This document shows, one piece after another, positions 19,236 to 28,826 of a stretch of 64,000 nt of DNA. This DNA is from a virus. A program made the position numbers and the translations under genes. The stretch covers positions 32,001 through 96,000 of IMG/VR virus record IMGVR_UViG_3300025096_002712. One strand, written 5' to 3'. Under the pieces are notes generated by a model. That model was not told where the DNA came from and did not search any database. It saw only the letters and a list, made by a program, of their open reading frames with translations. Positions within the stretch are counted from its first letter, which is position 1. The number at the start of each line of letters is the position of its first letter.

Positions 19236-20732
19236 TTGGCAACACCAACAGATGGAACTAAACTATCATTAGGAAAACTCGGTAGGGCAACCGCCGTAGG
19301 TAATTCCGATTATACTTCTAAGACAAGTCTTAATGATGCTGGCAGAGATAGTGGAACTGATAAAACTAAGGTAAGTGATTTTTACATTGGTTCAGTAGAT
19401 AATACTTTAGATGGTTATCCATATGTGGATGAACAAACAAATGAAACCTATACAATGACTTTCACTAATGAGAATAGTTTATTTCAATCTCGTATAGGTG
19501 GACGACACCAAAACTTTACTTGGAGTGGAAGTGCTTTATTTGCCCCACAATCAAATCAAGATTATACTGCAGTTTTTGCAGCAGGAACAATAACAGACCA
19601 CGCAACACCGAGTGTAAGTGAAAGTAATGTAGTTGTGGACTATGATTTTAATAATTGGGCAGATTCAAACACATTAGTTAGTTGGTCAGGTAGTGGGGCG
19701 AGTGTAATATCAAAGCATACTCTTGTAAGTCAATCACCATCTGGTTCTAATAATTTTGCAGTAAAGTTTAATACACAAGATAGTCATATAAGTCAGTCTT
19801 TAACAGTTAAAGGAAACTCTGTTTATAGAATTAGAGCAATGGCCTCATCTTCTAATCTTGATGAGGGAAATATAAATATGGAAATTAGTGGTGCTTATAC
19901 TCAACAGACATTTAGAGGTATAGCAGGTAACGGTGAATGGAAAGAAACAAGAAATGATTTTTACACGAGTGGTTCTGCAGGAGTAACTCAAACCCTAAAA
20001 CTTACTTTCACTGCAATATCAGCTTCTTCAGACCATAAACCACTATTAGATACGGTATTTTTTGAAAGATGGGAAGGTGCACATATGAGTGATACGAGTG
20101 TAGTTGTATCTGGTAAATATCATGATGCAGGACAGAGTGATGGGTTTAATGACCACGCTACACGATATAATACTGATATTACTAAAACTGTTGAAATACA
20201 AGATACATATGGTGGACTTGCAATAGCCTGTTTCTTACCAGGAACTTTAATATTAATGTCAGATGAAACTACAAAACCCATTGAAGATATTAATGTGGGT
20301 GATGAAGTAATGTCATTAGATTTACCTGGACTTCCAGATGAAGATTTAGGATATTTAGAGTGGAAGGCTTATACAATGAGACCAATGGATAATTTAGATG
20401 AAGTGATAGAAAGGTATAAGAAAACTGCAAATGTAGAACATTTATTTTATGATTATATGGATGGTTATTATAGTATTAATAATGGATACTTAAAAATTAC
20501 GAGAGAACACGATCTTTTTATATATGATAATGGTATGTGGAGATGGATGACACCAAATGAAATAAGTGGTGGTATGAAATTATTTAGTTATGAGGGCGAA
20601 ATAATAAATATAGATTCGATAGAATGGGTAGAAGGTGAAGTTGAAGTTGTAAATTTTGATGTAGAACCATTGGATGTATATTTTGCAGGTGGAGTATTAG
20701 TTCACAACAAAGGAGCAAGTTCTGAACCATAA
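19236..20732 (+). CDS. Putative virion protein with CBM-like beta-sandwich and C-terminal Hint domain at 20229-20708
   Basis: CFLPGTLILMSD block A, ITREH block B, VLVHN then KGASSEP*; ISQSLTVKGNSVYRIR..WKE..F..LLDTV CBM4/9-like pattern; TTG start after GGAG. Confidence 0.85.
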   Translation: MATPTDGTKLSLGKLGRATAVGNSDYTSKTSLNDAGRDSGTDKTKVSDFYIGSVDNTLDGYPYVDEQTNETYTMTFTNENSLFQSRIGGRHQNFTWSGSALFAPQSNQDYTAVFAAGTITDHATPSVSESNVVVDYDFNNWADSNTLVSWSGSGASVISKHTLVSQSPSGSNNFAVKFNTQDSHISQSLTVKGNSVYRIRAMASSSNLDEGNINMEISGAYTQQTFRGIAGNGEWKETRNDFYTSGSAGVTQTLKLTFTAISASSDHKPLLDTVFFERWEGAHMSDTSVVVSGKYHDAGQSDGFNDHATRYNTDITKTVEIQDTYGGLAIACFLPGTLILMSDETTKPIEDINVGDEVMSLDLPGLPDEDLGYLEWKAYTMRPMDNLDEVIERYKKTANVEHLFYDYMDGYYSINNGYLKITREHDLFIYDNGMWRWMTPNEISGGMKLFSYEGEIINIDSIEWVEGEVEVVNFDVEPLDVYFAGGVLVHNKGASSEP

Positions 20733-20789
20733 ATAATATGATTTGAAAGTTTTTTTAACTATTTATTAAAGGATAACAATAGGTTTTAT

Positions 20790-21500
20790 ATGTCAATACT
20801 AAATCGTGGATATATATACGATTCAATAACAAGAAATGAAGATTCAGGTTCAGTATCATATAGATGGACTCATGGTGCTAATGACACTTATATGGGCACT
20901 GGTATATTTTATTATGCCATTCCATATTTTCTAAAGGCACGAGTATGTGTTTGTCTTGGTAGTGGTGGTGGATATGTGCCACGATTGATGGTTGATTGTG
21001 TTCATGAATTAAATGAAGTTGATATGTATGGTGAGAATAAATATGGTGAAGTCTATGTTGTTGATGCGACAAATGGTTTTAATGGTGAAGTTGATTGGTC
21101 TGATGAGGATAGTTTTTTACGAGAAAAGTTTAATCCAAAATTTTTAAACACCACTACGGAAGATGCATTCTATAACTTTTTTGTTAAACGGGATATCAAA
21201 ATAGATTATTTACATATAGATGCAGACCATACTTATGAGGGTTGTAAACTTGACTTTGATTTATATTCTACGATAATGAACGAAAATGGAATTATATCAA
21301 TACACGATACAGATAGAAAATATTGGGAAAACTTTGGAACTTATGATGGAGAGGAACATGATTCCTGTACGGGTCCAAGTGAAGTTATAAATGAAATCAG
21401 TAATAAATGGGAAGTATTTAATTTGTTTGATTATAAAGAAAAAAATGAAGTTTTACCTTCTTCTGGTTTAACTATATTGAGAAGAAAAGATGAGATATAG
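20790..21500 (+). CDS. Class I SAM-dependent methyltransferase (Methyltransf_24-like)
   Basis: CLGSGGGY, IDYLHIDADHTYEG, GIISIHDT. Confidence 0.85.
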   Translation: MSILNRGYIYDSITRNEDSGSVSYRWTHGANDTYMGTGIFYYAIPYFLKARVCVCLGSGGGYVPRLMVDCVHELNEVDMYGENKYGEVYVVDATNGFNGEVDWSDEDSFLREKFNPKFLNTTTEDAFYNFFVKRDIKIDYLHIDADHTYEGCKLDFDLYSTIMNENGIISIHDTDRKYWENFGTYDGEEHDSCTGPSEVINEISNKWEVFNLFDYKEKNEVLPSSGLTILRRKDEI

Positions 21501-23958
21501 ACCAACAAAGTTTACCATAGAAGAACAACAGGATATACGAGAACGATATAGTGAATGGTTAAAACCAGAAAATATTATTTGGGTAGAAAAGGAATATAAA
21601 GATAATATACAATATTATGAATACCAAGAAATAGAAAAGTTTATTGATAAACATTTTAATTTTGCAAAAAGTTATGCAGAAAAAATGTGGGTATTAGAAA
21701 AAATAAAGGATTGGAATTCTCATACTTCTCAATATATTGATAGTAGAATAGGTAATTATAAAATAAATGATTTTAATGATGAAACACTTCAAAGAATTAT
21801 ATTGGAAGAAATAGAACACGGTGGTGCAGAAGGAAAGGGATTTTTAAGTGATTTTATAGAAAATAGAATTAAAGATATGGAACTTTCTTCATTTCAAGAA
21901 GAACTAAGTGTTAGACAAAAGTTGTGTGATTTAGAGTTTCATACAACACCTTATGTTGAAAAAAGAATAGGAGATTATGAAATAGAAGATTTAGATGATG
22001 AATTAGTAAAACGAATAAAATTAGAAGAATGTGAAAAATTAAATAGCCCATTTATATTAAAACAAATAAAAAAACATATGGGAAAAATACATCCTGATGA
22101 TGAACTCTCAAAGAGACAGATATTAAACGAGTGTGAGAAACATACTAATGATTATGTTGCAAAAAGAATAAAAGAATTTCAACCACTAACTTTAAAAACT
22201 GAAAATCACGAAGATTTATATGAACAGTTACAATGGAGAGAAGATTTAGAGCAAATAATTGATCATAGATCTGAGTTTATAGATCAAAATATAAAATTTT
22301 ATAAAGGTCGTGGTGTAGAAATAACAACACCCACACAGGAACTCGAACACAGATTAAAACTTGAAGAATGTGAAAAGTTTAATACAGACTATATTTCAAG
22401 AGAAACAGCAAGATTAAAGGATGAATATTTAATTCGTGATCCACAAGAAGAACTTAAACATAGAATGAATCTTGCATTTTTCGAAGATAATGTAAAGGAT
22501 AAAGAAAAAATAGCAAGTAAAGAAACATTTTGGGATATGATTTCAGTTCATGGATTAGAAAATTTAAATCTACTCAAGGAAGAATTAAATAATGTAGGTA
22601 ATGGTTTTTGTTTAGCAAAATGGAATCAAGTTAGTATTCTTTTACAGACAGGTCAAACTCATAGTTGTCACCACCCAAGACCTCATGTAGTTCCTAAAAG
22701 AGAATTGGAAAACAATCCATCTGCACTTCACAATACATATTTCAAAAAGATGCAAAGAAAGACGATGTTAAAAGGTGGTCGTCCAAAGGAATGTGATTAT
22801 TGTTGGAATGTAGAAGATGCTAATCCAGGAGCATTTAGTGATAGGATTATGAAAAGTGGTGAGGCCTGGGCATTTCCATACTTCGATAAGATTAAAAGGT
22901 CAGATCCAGAAGAAAATACTAATCCATCTTATGTAGAAGTTAGTTTTTCTAATCAATGTAATATGAGTTGTGGTTATTGTGATGTCAAAAGTAGTTCCAA
23001 TTGGCAACACGAAATAGCAACAAAAGGACATTATCCTACGAGTGGAATGTATAACAATACTGAATGGATGGAAAGGGAAGGAATAGTTCCGATACCACAT
23101 ACTAAACCCAATCCATACAGAGATGCTTTTTGGAAATGGTGGCCAGACTTATTCCCAACACTTCATACTTTTAGAATAACTGGAGGTGAACCACTTTTAC
23201 ATAAAGATACATTTAAAGTTTTAGATTATCTAATAGAAAATCCAAAAGTAAATCCTATGTTAGAAATGTCTGTTAATAGTAATTTATGTGCACCACAACA
23301 TTTATTTGAAGAGTTTGTGGATAAAGTTAAGTATATTACAGATAGAGACTTAGTTTGGAATTTTGCACTATTTACAAGTATTGAGGCGGACGGGAAACAC
23401 GCAGAATATATGAGAGATGGAATGGACGCTGATAGATTTTGGAATAACTTAGATTATTTTTTAACCAAATGTCAAAAACCAGAGGCAACTATAATGGCAA
23501 CTTATAATCTTACAAGTGTTTCAACTTATCACGAAGTGATTAAGAAGGTATTTGAATTAAAAAAGAAACATTATAATGGCCAAAGATACAGACATTATGG
23601 TATAATACTGGACACGGCATATCTTAGACATCCAGAGTTCTTACAAGTTCGTTTATTGTCTACACATTGGATTGATAAAATACGAGAAGATGTAAAATTA
23701 ATGGAGAGTTTAGCGGAAGAAAAATATACTCATATTTATGGACATGGACATGCAGGATTTTATGATTTTGAAAGAGAAAAATTAAGACGAGTATTGGATT
23801 GGGTAGATGCCCCACTCGATGATGTAAAATGGTTAATGAAAATGAGGAAAGATTTTGTATTATTTATCGATGAGTTTGATATAAGACGAGGAAAAAACTT
23901 CTTAGAAACTTTTCCAGAGATGGAAGATTTTTACAATTCTTGTAAGAAGTTGATATAA
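21490..23958 (+). CDS. Radical SAM enzyme with an extra Cys-rich (twitch/SPASM-like) segment and an N-terminal helical repeat region
   Basis: CNMSCGYC, ITGGEPLL, upstream CLAKW..SCHHP..CDYCW; first ~350 aa are repeats. Confidence 0.85.
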   Translation: MRYRPTKFTIEEQQDIRERYSEWLKPENIIWVEKEYKDNIQYYEYQEIEKFIDKHFNFAKSYAEKMWVLEKIKDWNSHTSQYIDSRIGNYKINDFNDETLQRIILEEIEHGGAEGKGFLSDFIENRIKDMELSSFQEELSVRQKLCDLEFHTTPYVEKRIGDYEIEDLDDELVKRIKLEECEKLNSPFILKQIKKHMGKIHPDDELSKRQILNECEKHTNDYVAKRIKEFQPLTLKTENHEDLYEQLQWREDLEQIIDHRSEFIDQNIKFYKGRGVEITTPTQELEHRLKLEECEKFNTDYISRETARLKDEYLIRDPQEELKHRMNLAFFEDNVKDKEKIASKETFWDMISVHGLENLNLLKEELNNVGNGFCLAKWNQVSILLQTGQTHSCHHPRPHVVPKRELENNPSALHNTYFKKMQRKTMLKGGRPKECDYCWNVEDANPGAFSDRIMKSGEAWAFPYFDKIKRSDPEENTNPSYVEVSFSNQCNMSCGYCDVKSSSNWQHEIATKGHYPTSGMYNNTEWMEREGIVPIPHTKPNPYRDAFWKWWPDLFPTLHTFRITGGEPLLHKDTFKVLDYLIENPKVNPMLEMSVNSNLCAPQHLFEEFVDKVKYITDRDLVWNFALFTSIEADGKHAEYMRDGMDADRFWNNLDYFLTKCQKPEATIMATYNLTSVSTYHEVIKKVFELKKKHYNGQRYRHYGIILDTAYLRHPEFLQVRLLSTHWIDKIREDVKLMESLAEEKYTHIYGHGHAGFYDFEREKLRRVLDWVDAPLDDVKWLMKMRKDFVLFIDEFDIRRGKNFLETFPEMEDFYNSCKKLI

Positions 23959-24677
23959 TGTTTGGAGTATTAACAAATAAAGGACAAGTTAATTATGTTT
24001 CATTAGATGATTTTATTTCTATTGATAAGATGAATTATTTCGAAACATATTTTGAGAAACAATTTGATAAGTTTTGTAATGATCTTCCACGAATTGTAGA
24101 GAGAAATGGATGGGCTGCAAATGAGTATTCGAAGGATGCTATAAATGATTCAGATAGAGTTTATTTATTCAATTCTTTAATGAGTACTTGGTATGATGAC
24201 ATTATTCCAAGAGATTATGCGTGGAAATTAGTAAAGACATATGTACCTGAATTTGTAGAATATTTATATGACAATGTATTGGATTATATGCATGGGTTTT
24301 TTATAAAACGCGAACTTCACAAGCCTATGGAATTTCATAGAGATTGGGGTGATAATGGACTTGATCCAACAGAAGAAGATTCACGAGGAATGCAGGAAAC
24401 TTGGATATGGTTTAGATTTTCGGATACTAAAAAACTTTATGTTTCAGACATAGATGGTGAACATGATGTTTCTAAAAGAATACCAATGGAATCCTATGGT
24501 GCAGTATTTAATGGGTTAGATTATCATGGTTGTTATGATGGTTCGAGTGGATTTAGTGTAAGGATTAATGGTGGATTAAAACAAAATATCATAGACGATA
24601 CAGGGATTGATGTTACTACTTGGAAAGAATGGTATCCAGCTACTGGTCATTGGTTAGATGAGAAATTAACTCTATGA
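23958..24677 (+). CDS. Putative Fe(II)/2OG-type (double-stranded beta-helix) enzyme
   Basis: FHRD...YHGC..SVRI facial-triad-like pattern. Confidence 0.45.
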   Translation: MFGVLTNKGQVNYVSLDDFISIDKMNYFETYFEKQFDKFCNDLPRIVERNGWAANEYSKDAINDSDRVYLFNSLMSTWYDDIIPRDYAWKLVKTYVPEFVEYLYDNVLDYMHGFFIKRELHKPMEFHRDWGDNGLDPTEEDSRGMQETWIWFRFSDTKKLYVSDIDGEHDVSKRIPMESYGAVFNGLDYHGCYDGSSGFSVRINGGLKQNIIDDTGIDVTTWKEWYPATGHWLDEKLTL

Positions 24678-25528
24678 GTATAAATTTAGTTACAGTTTGT
24701 GGTCATAATACCACAATGTTAAGACATATGTTGCAACATTACAAAGATTTTGTTGATGAAATCTATGTAGTTGTATATTTATCAACAGACAAGGATAGAG
24801 TTTTATCTGAAGTCAAAGAAATCACTCGTGATTTAAATATTGATATACATAAGACGACAGTTGAAGAACCATTTAATTGGACAAGGGTTACGGAGTTATA
24901 TAATGAAACAAAGTTATTAAAACCAGATGATTGGTGGATTGTAGCAGATGATGATGAACTTCATGTATATCCAACACCAATCAATGAACTCATAGAAGAT
25001 TGTGAAGAAAATGGTTATCAGTTTATTACAGGAGCATTTTTAGATAGGATCGGTGAAAGAGGTCGATTCCCAAAGATTGATGATGATAGTGATGTTTGGA
25101 AAGAGTTTCCATTGGCTGGTTCATTTAGATATCCAGTTTCAAATGCCTGTCCAAATAAAACTGTAGTGATGAAAGGTATTATACAAGTCACTAATGGACA
25201 ACATTATGCAATGGTAAACGATTTCCAAGATACTTATGGTGATAGGTGGATGCACGAGTTGAGATATCCAGTCGGTGGGTGTTTTATTCAAGTTCATCAT
25301 TTTAAATGGGATATTTCAGTTATTGATAGAATAAGAGATGTTTCTCTTACAAAAAAAGATTACACATTTCATGATGAATATAAGAAAATGTTTGATTATA
25401 TAATGGATAATTTTGGAACAATTAATATTAGAGATGAAAGATTTATGATAGAAAGAAGTGGTAAAAATTATTACGATTATCCATATTGGGATAAAATAAG
25501 AACACAGGCTATAGAGTATAGAACATGA
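24674..25528 (+). CDS. GT-A (GT2-like) glycosyltransferase
   Basis: MLRHMLQHY, WWIVADDDELH DxD motif, HHFKW. Confidence 0.75.
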   Translation: MSINLVTVCGHNTTMLRHMLQHYKDFVDEIYVVVYLSTDKDRVLSEVKEITRDLNIDIHKTTVEEPFNWTRVTELYNETKLLKPDDWWIVADDDELHVYPTPINELIEDCEENGYQFITGAFLDRIGERGRFPKIDDDSDVWKEFPLAGSFRYPVSNACPNKTVVMKGIIQVTNGQHYAMVNDFQDTYGDRWMHELRYPVGGCFIQVHHFKWDISVIDRIRDVSLTKKDYTFHDEYKKMFDYIMDNFGTINIRDERFMIERSGKNYYDYPYWDKIRTQAIEYRT

Positions 25529-27006
25529 AAAGATTAGCAGTTATACTACCATATAACGAGAGTCATATAGAAAACTTTACAGAACATTTTAGGGCTACTA
25601 TACAAGAGGGTGAAGATTTATATTATAAATTATGTTTTATAAAACAAAAGTCTAATAGACCATTAAATAAAGGTAAGTTGTTTAATATTGGATATATGTT
25701 ACATAAGGATAGTTTTGATTATTTTTGTTTTCACGATTCAGATTTAATACCAATTTCTGATGAATGTGATTATTCATATGAAGAAAAACCAATTTCATTA
25801 GTAGGTATGAGAGATAAAATAAAGTTTGGTGATCAAGAAAATTTAGAAGATTTTGATGATTATACTTTACCTTATGATGAGTATTTTGGTGGAGCAGTTT
25901 TATTTTCAAAAGAACATTTTCAAGAAGTTAATGGATACTCAAATGAATATTGGGGTGTTGGTTATGAAGATTATGATTTACTGCTTAGATGTGTGGTTAA
26001 GGGATTGCCTATTAGAAAAGAGTTGGAAGTTGAACCATCAAAAACTTATGGAACTTTTAATGGTGTAAATTCGTATTTAAAAATACCAGCAAAAAATGCA
26101 AAAATTAGAAATGCAACTAATAAAAGTTTTACAATGTGTGGGTGGTTCAAGACTGACGGAGAACCACCGTATGGAGCTGATATAGATAGTAATAGATGTG
26201 AATATTTTATATTTGGTCGTCCAGGATATCATATGGGACTTTCTTATACTCATGGTGGATTCGCCAAGGGTGTAATTTGGATTAGGGAACAGGGAAAAAG
26301 TGAAAGAAATGCATTAGTAATAAAAACTTTGTTAGGTGCAGACCAATGGCATCATATAGCACTTACTGTTGACGAAATGAAACAAGAGATGATTCTTTAT
26401 ATAAATGGAATAGAAGTTGGTAAAGAATCTTATGATGGAGAAATCCTTCCATACCATAGTAAACCATATTATATTGGAGTCGGTGATCCAGATATAAATC
26501 ATTGGAGAAACTATTTCGTGGGTAAAATTGCAGAAGTAGGATTATGGTCTGAATCATTAAAATCTGATGAAATTGTACATATTTTTAATAAGGGCATAGT
26601 TGATAATAGAGGTGAATATTCAACTTCTGCTTTACCAGTAGGAGTTTGGGATTTTAAAGGTGGATATTCAGATAGAACTTTTGATGTGTCTGGAAATGGA
26701 AATCATGCAAAGTTTAATAATATCGATTTTGCAAATAAATCGTTAAAAAGTAATACTGAGCGATATTTACCTTATAGAAGAAATGGTGCTTATGGTTTTA
26801 TATCACATCCAAATGAATATTTAAATCTCGAAAATATAAAGAGAAGTCAACATCCTGAAATAATGACAAATCGTAATTCTTTTAATAAGAAAATTAGAAA
26901 TCAAATGCAGGATATAGATAAAGATGGCCTATCATCAACAAGATTTCGGATAGTCAATAGAAAAGACTATCAAGGAAAACATGAAATAATAGAAGTTGTA
27001 ATATAA
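25525..27006 (+). CDS. GT7 (beta-1,4-galactosyltransferase-like) with inserted LamG domain, copy 1
   Basis: AVILPY, NKGKLFNIG, FHDSD, NGYSNEYWGVGYEDYD; LamG WHHIALTVD..LYING; C-term DGLSS. Confidence 0.85.
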   Translation: MKRLAVILPYNESHIENFTEHFRATIQEGEDLYYKLCFIKQKSNRPLNKGKLFNIGYMLHKDSFDYFCFHDSDLIPISDECDYSYEEKPISLVGMRDKIKFGDQENLEDFDDYTLPYDEYFGGAVLFSKEHFQEVNGYSNEYWGVGYEDYDLLLRCVVKGLPIRKELEVEPSKTYGTFNGVNSYLKIPAKNAKIRNATNKSFTMCGWFKTDGEPPYGADIDSNRCEYFIFGRPGYHMGLSYTHGGFAKGVIWIREQGKSERNALVIKTLLGADQWHHIALTVDEMKQEMILYINGIEVGKESYDGEILPYHSKPYYIGVGDPDINHWRNYFVGKIAEVGLWSESLKSDEIVHIFNKGIVDNRGEYSTSALPVGVWDFKGGYSDRTFDVSGNGNHAKFNNIDFANKSLKSNTERYLPYRRNGAYGFISHPNEYLNLENIKRSQHPEIMTNRNSFNKKIRNQMQDIDKDGLSSTRFRIVNRKDYQGKHEIIEVVI

Positions 27007-27017
27007 GGAGAAAAATT

Positions 27018-27341
27018 ATGGCTACAAAGAAAAAAGAAACAGATGCAAGAGATGCTCTCGACGCTGGAACTACTAATGAAGGCAGTGAACTTTCTGCAAT
27101 AGCAGTTAAGTCATTGACCAATTTGGAAGAAAAGGTTGATGCAATCGATTGGAAACTATGGGAAATCTACAATATCGTAAAGACATATGTAGAAAATAAT
27201 CCAGCAGGTTCATCAGCACCAGCCGTTTCACAACCACAAGCATCCGCAGCAGATATTGCTGGGGAGATTGCAAAAGCATTAGGTGGAGCATCAGGCAAAG
27301 AGGAAAAGAAGTCAGCAGTATCTAAACTATTTGGGGGATAA
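27018..27341 (+). CDS. Small coiled-coil protein with Ala/Pro linker and amphipathic C-terminus
   Basis: AAGGAG SD; LTNLEEKVDAIDWKLWEIYNIVK heptads; ends KKSAVSKLFGG. Confidence 0.75.
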   Translation: MATKKKETDARDALDAGTTNEGSELSAIAVKSLTNLEEKVDAIDWKLWEIYNIVKTYVENNPAGSSAPAVSQPQASAADIAGEIAKALGGASGKEEKKSAVSKLFGG

Positions 27342-27344
27342 ACC

Positions 27345-28826
27345 TTGAAACCAAAACTCGCTATAATAGTACCATATCGAGATAGGGAAGAACATTTAGC
27401 TCTATTTGTGCCTCATATGGACAAGTTTTTGTCCGATAGGGAAATTCCATACAAGATATTTGTTGTAGAACAAGGGAATGATAGGGCCTTTAATCGTGGT
27501 TGGTTAATAAATGTTGGTTATTCAATAGCAAAAGAACAAGGATTTGATTATTTTTGTTTTCACGATATTGATATGCTTCCAGAGGATAATTCTTGTGATT
27601 ATTCTTGGGTAGATAAACCAACACATTTGGCCGCACGGTTAAGTAAGTTTAAATATCGTTTAGTCTATCCTGAATATATGGGTGGTGTTACTCTAATGAA
27701 TAGAGAACATTTTGAATGGATTAATGGATTTTCTAACAACTATTGGGGATGGGGATTTGAAGATGATGATTTACTTTATCGTTGTAGAACCCGTGGAGTG
27801 CCCTTAGAAGAACAGAGAACCTTTAAGGCAAAAGATAAAAATCCACTTTATACAAATTGTATGGAGTTTAATGGACGAGATTATCTTGAAATAAAGAATA
27901 GCCTTTCATTAAACAAAGTTGTTAATTCGTCTTTTTCAGTTGAAGCCTGGGTAGAACCATATGGAGATTTAAAACTTGACCCGAATAAAGAATATGATGA
28001 GTTTCATGTCTTTACTCGTCCAGGTCATCACGTTGGAATTGCATATACAAGTGGATTGCAATACAAAGGTGCAATTTGGACAGAAGATGGTAGTCAACCT
28101 ATGGTTATTTCTGATAGGCGTTCTGGTGAATGGGTTCATGTTATTTATACAGTTGATACATTGTTAAAAAGATTGAGAATGTATGTGAATGGTGTAGAAA
28201 CAGCTGAATCACCAACAGATTATTTGGGTAAACTTAAAGAGGCAAACAATGTTCCATATTATATTGGATGTGCAAATCCAATGGCAAGGTTCAACGATAG
28301 GGGTTACTTTATAGGTAATGTCGCTCAAGTTGCAATGTGGTCAACTTGTTTAGAATCGAGTGAAGTAGAACATCTATACAATGAAGGTCGACCATATAAT
28401 GTTACAGAGGATCAAAAATTTGACGGATGGAAATCTGGAAAAGAAACCTATAAATCAGCAAATAAAGTTGTTGGATATTGGGACTTTGAAAATATAGTCG
28501 GTGATATGGCTCTTGACAAAAGTGGAAATGATAATCACGCTAAAATAATAGGGGCGATAAAGAAAGAAAAGGAATTACGGATAGGTAGTAGTGCATTAGT
28601 ACCTAATAGACGAGATGGAAGATTTACTTGTTTAGAACATGAAGAAAATGGTTGGGGACAAAGTAAGTTCACACATTGGGAAACGCGAGAAAACCAATTA
28701 CGATTTTTTAATAGAGTGAGAAGTGGATTAACCGACATTAAAGATGATGGTTTGAGTTCATTATCATATGAAGTTATACATAAAGAAACATTTTTGGATG
28801 ATCACGAGTTTATATCAGTAACATGA
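27345..28826 (+). CDS. GT7 with inserted LamG domain, copy 2
   Basis: AIIVPYRDR, FNRGWLINVG, FHDID, NGFSNNYWGWGFEDDD, LamG, DGLSSLSY. Confidence 0.9.
   Translation: MKPKLAIIVPYRDREEHLALFVPHMDKFLSDREIPYKIFVVEQGNDRAFNRGWLINVGYSIAKEQGFDYFCFHDIDMLPEDNSCDYSWVDKPTHLAARLSKFKYRLVYPEYMGGVTLMNREHFEWINGFSNNYWGWGFEDDDLLYRCRTRGVPLEEQRTFKAKDKNPLYTNCMEFNGRDYLEIKNSLSLNKVVNSSFSVEAWVEPYGDLKLDPNKEYDEFHVFTRPGHHVGIAYTSGLQYKGAIWTEDGSQPMVISDRRSGEWVHVIYTVDTLLKRLRMYVNGVETAESPTDYLGKLKEANNVPYYIGCANPMARFNDRGYFIGNVAQVAMWSTCLESSEVEHLYNEGRPYNVTEDQKFDGWKSGKETYKSANKVVGYWDFENIVGDMALDKSGNDNHAKIIGAIKKEKELRIGSSALVPNRRDGRFTCLEHEENGWGQSKFTHWETRENQLRFFNRVRSGLTDIKDDGLSSLSYEVIHKETFLDDHEFISVT

Noticed and set aside
17608-20708. Hint domains as classical mobile inteins
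   Set aside because: No C/S/T at +1, essentially no C-extein, no homing endonuclease, and the hosts are not conserved enzymes; treated as BIL-type autoprocessing domains.
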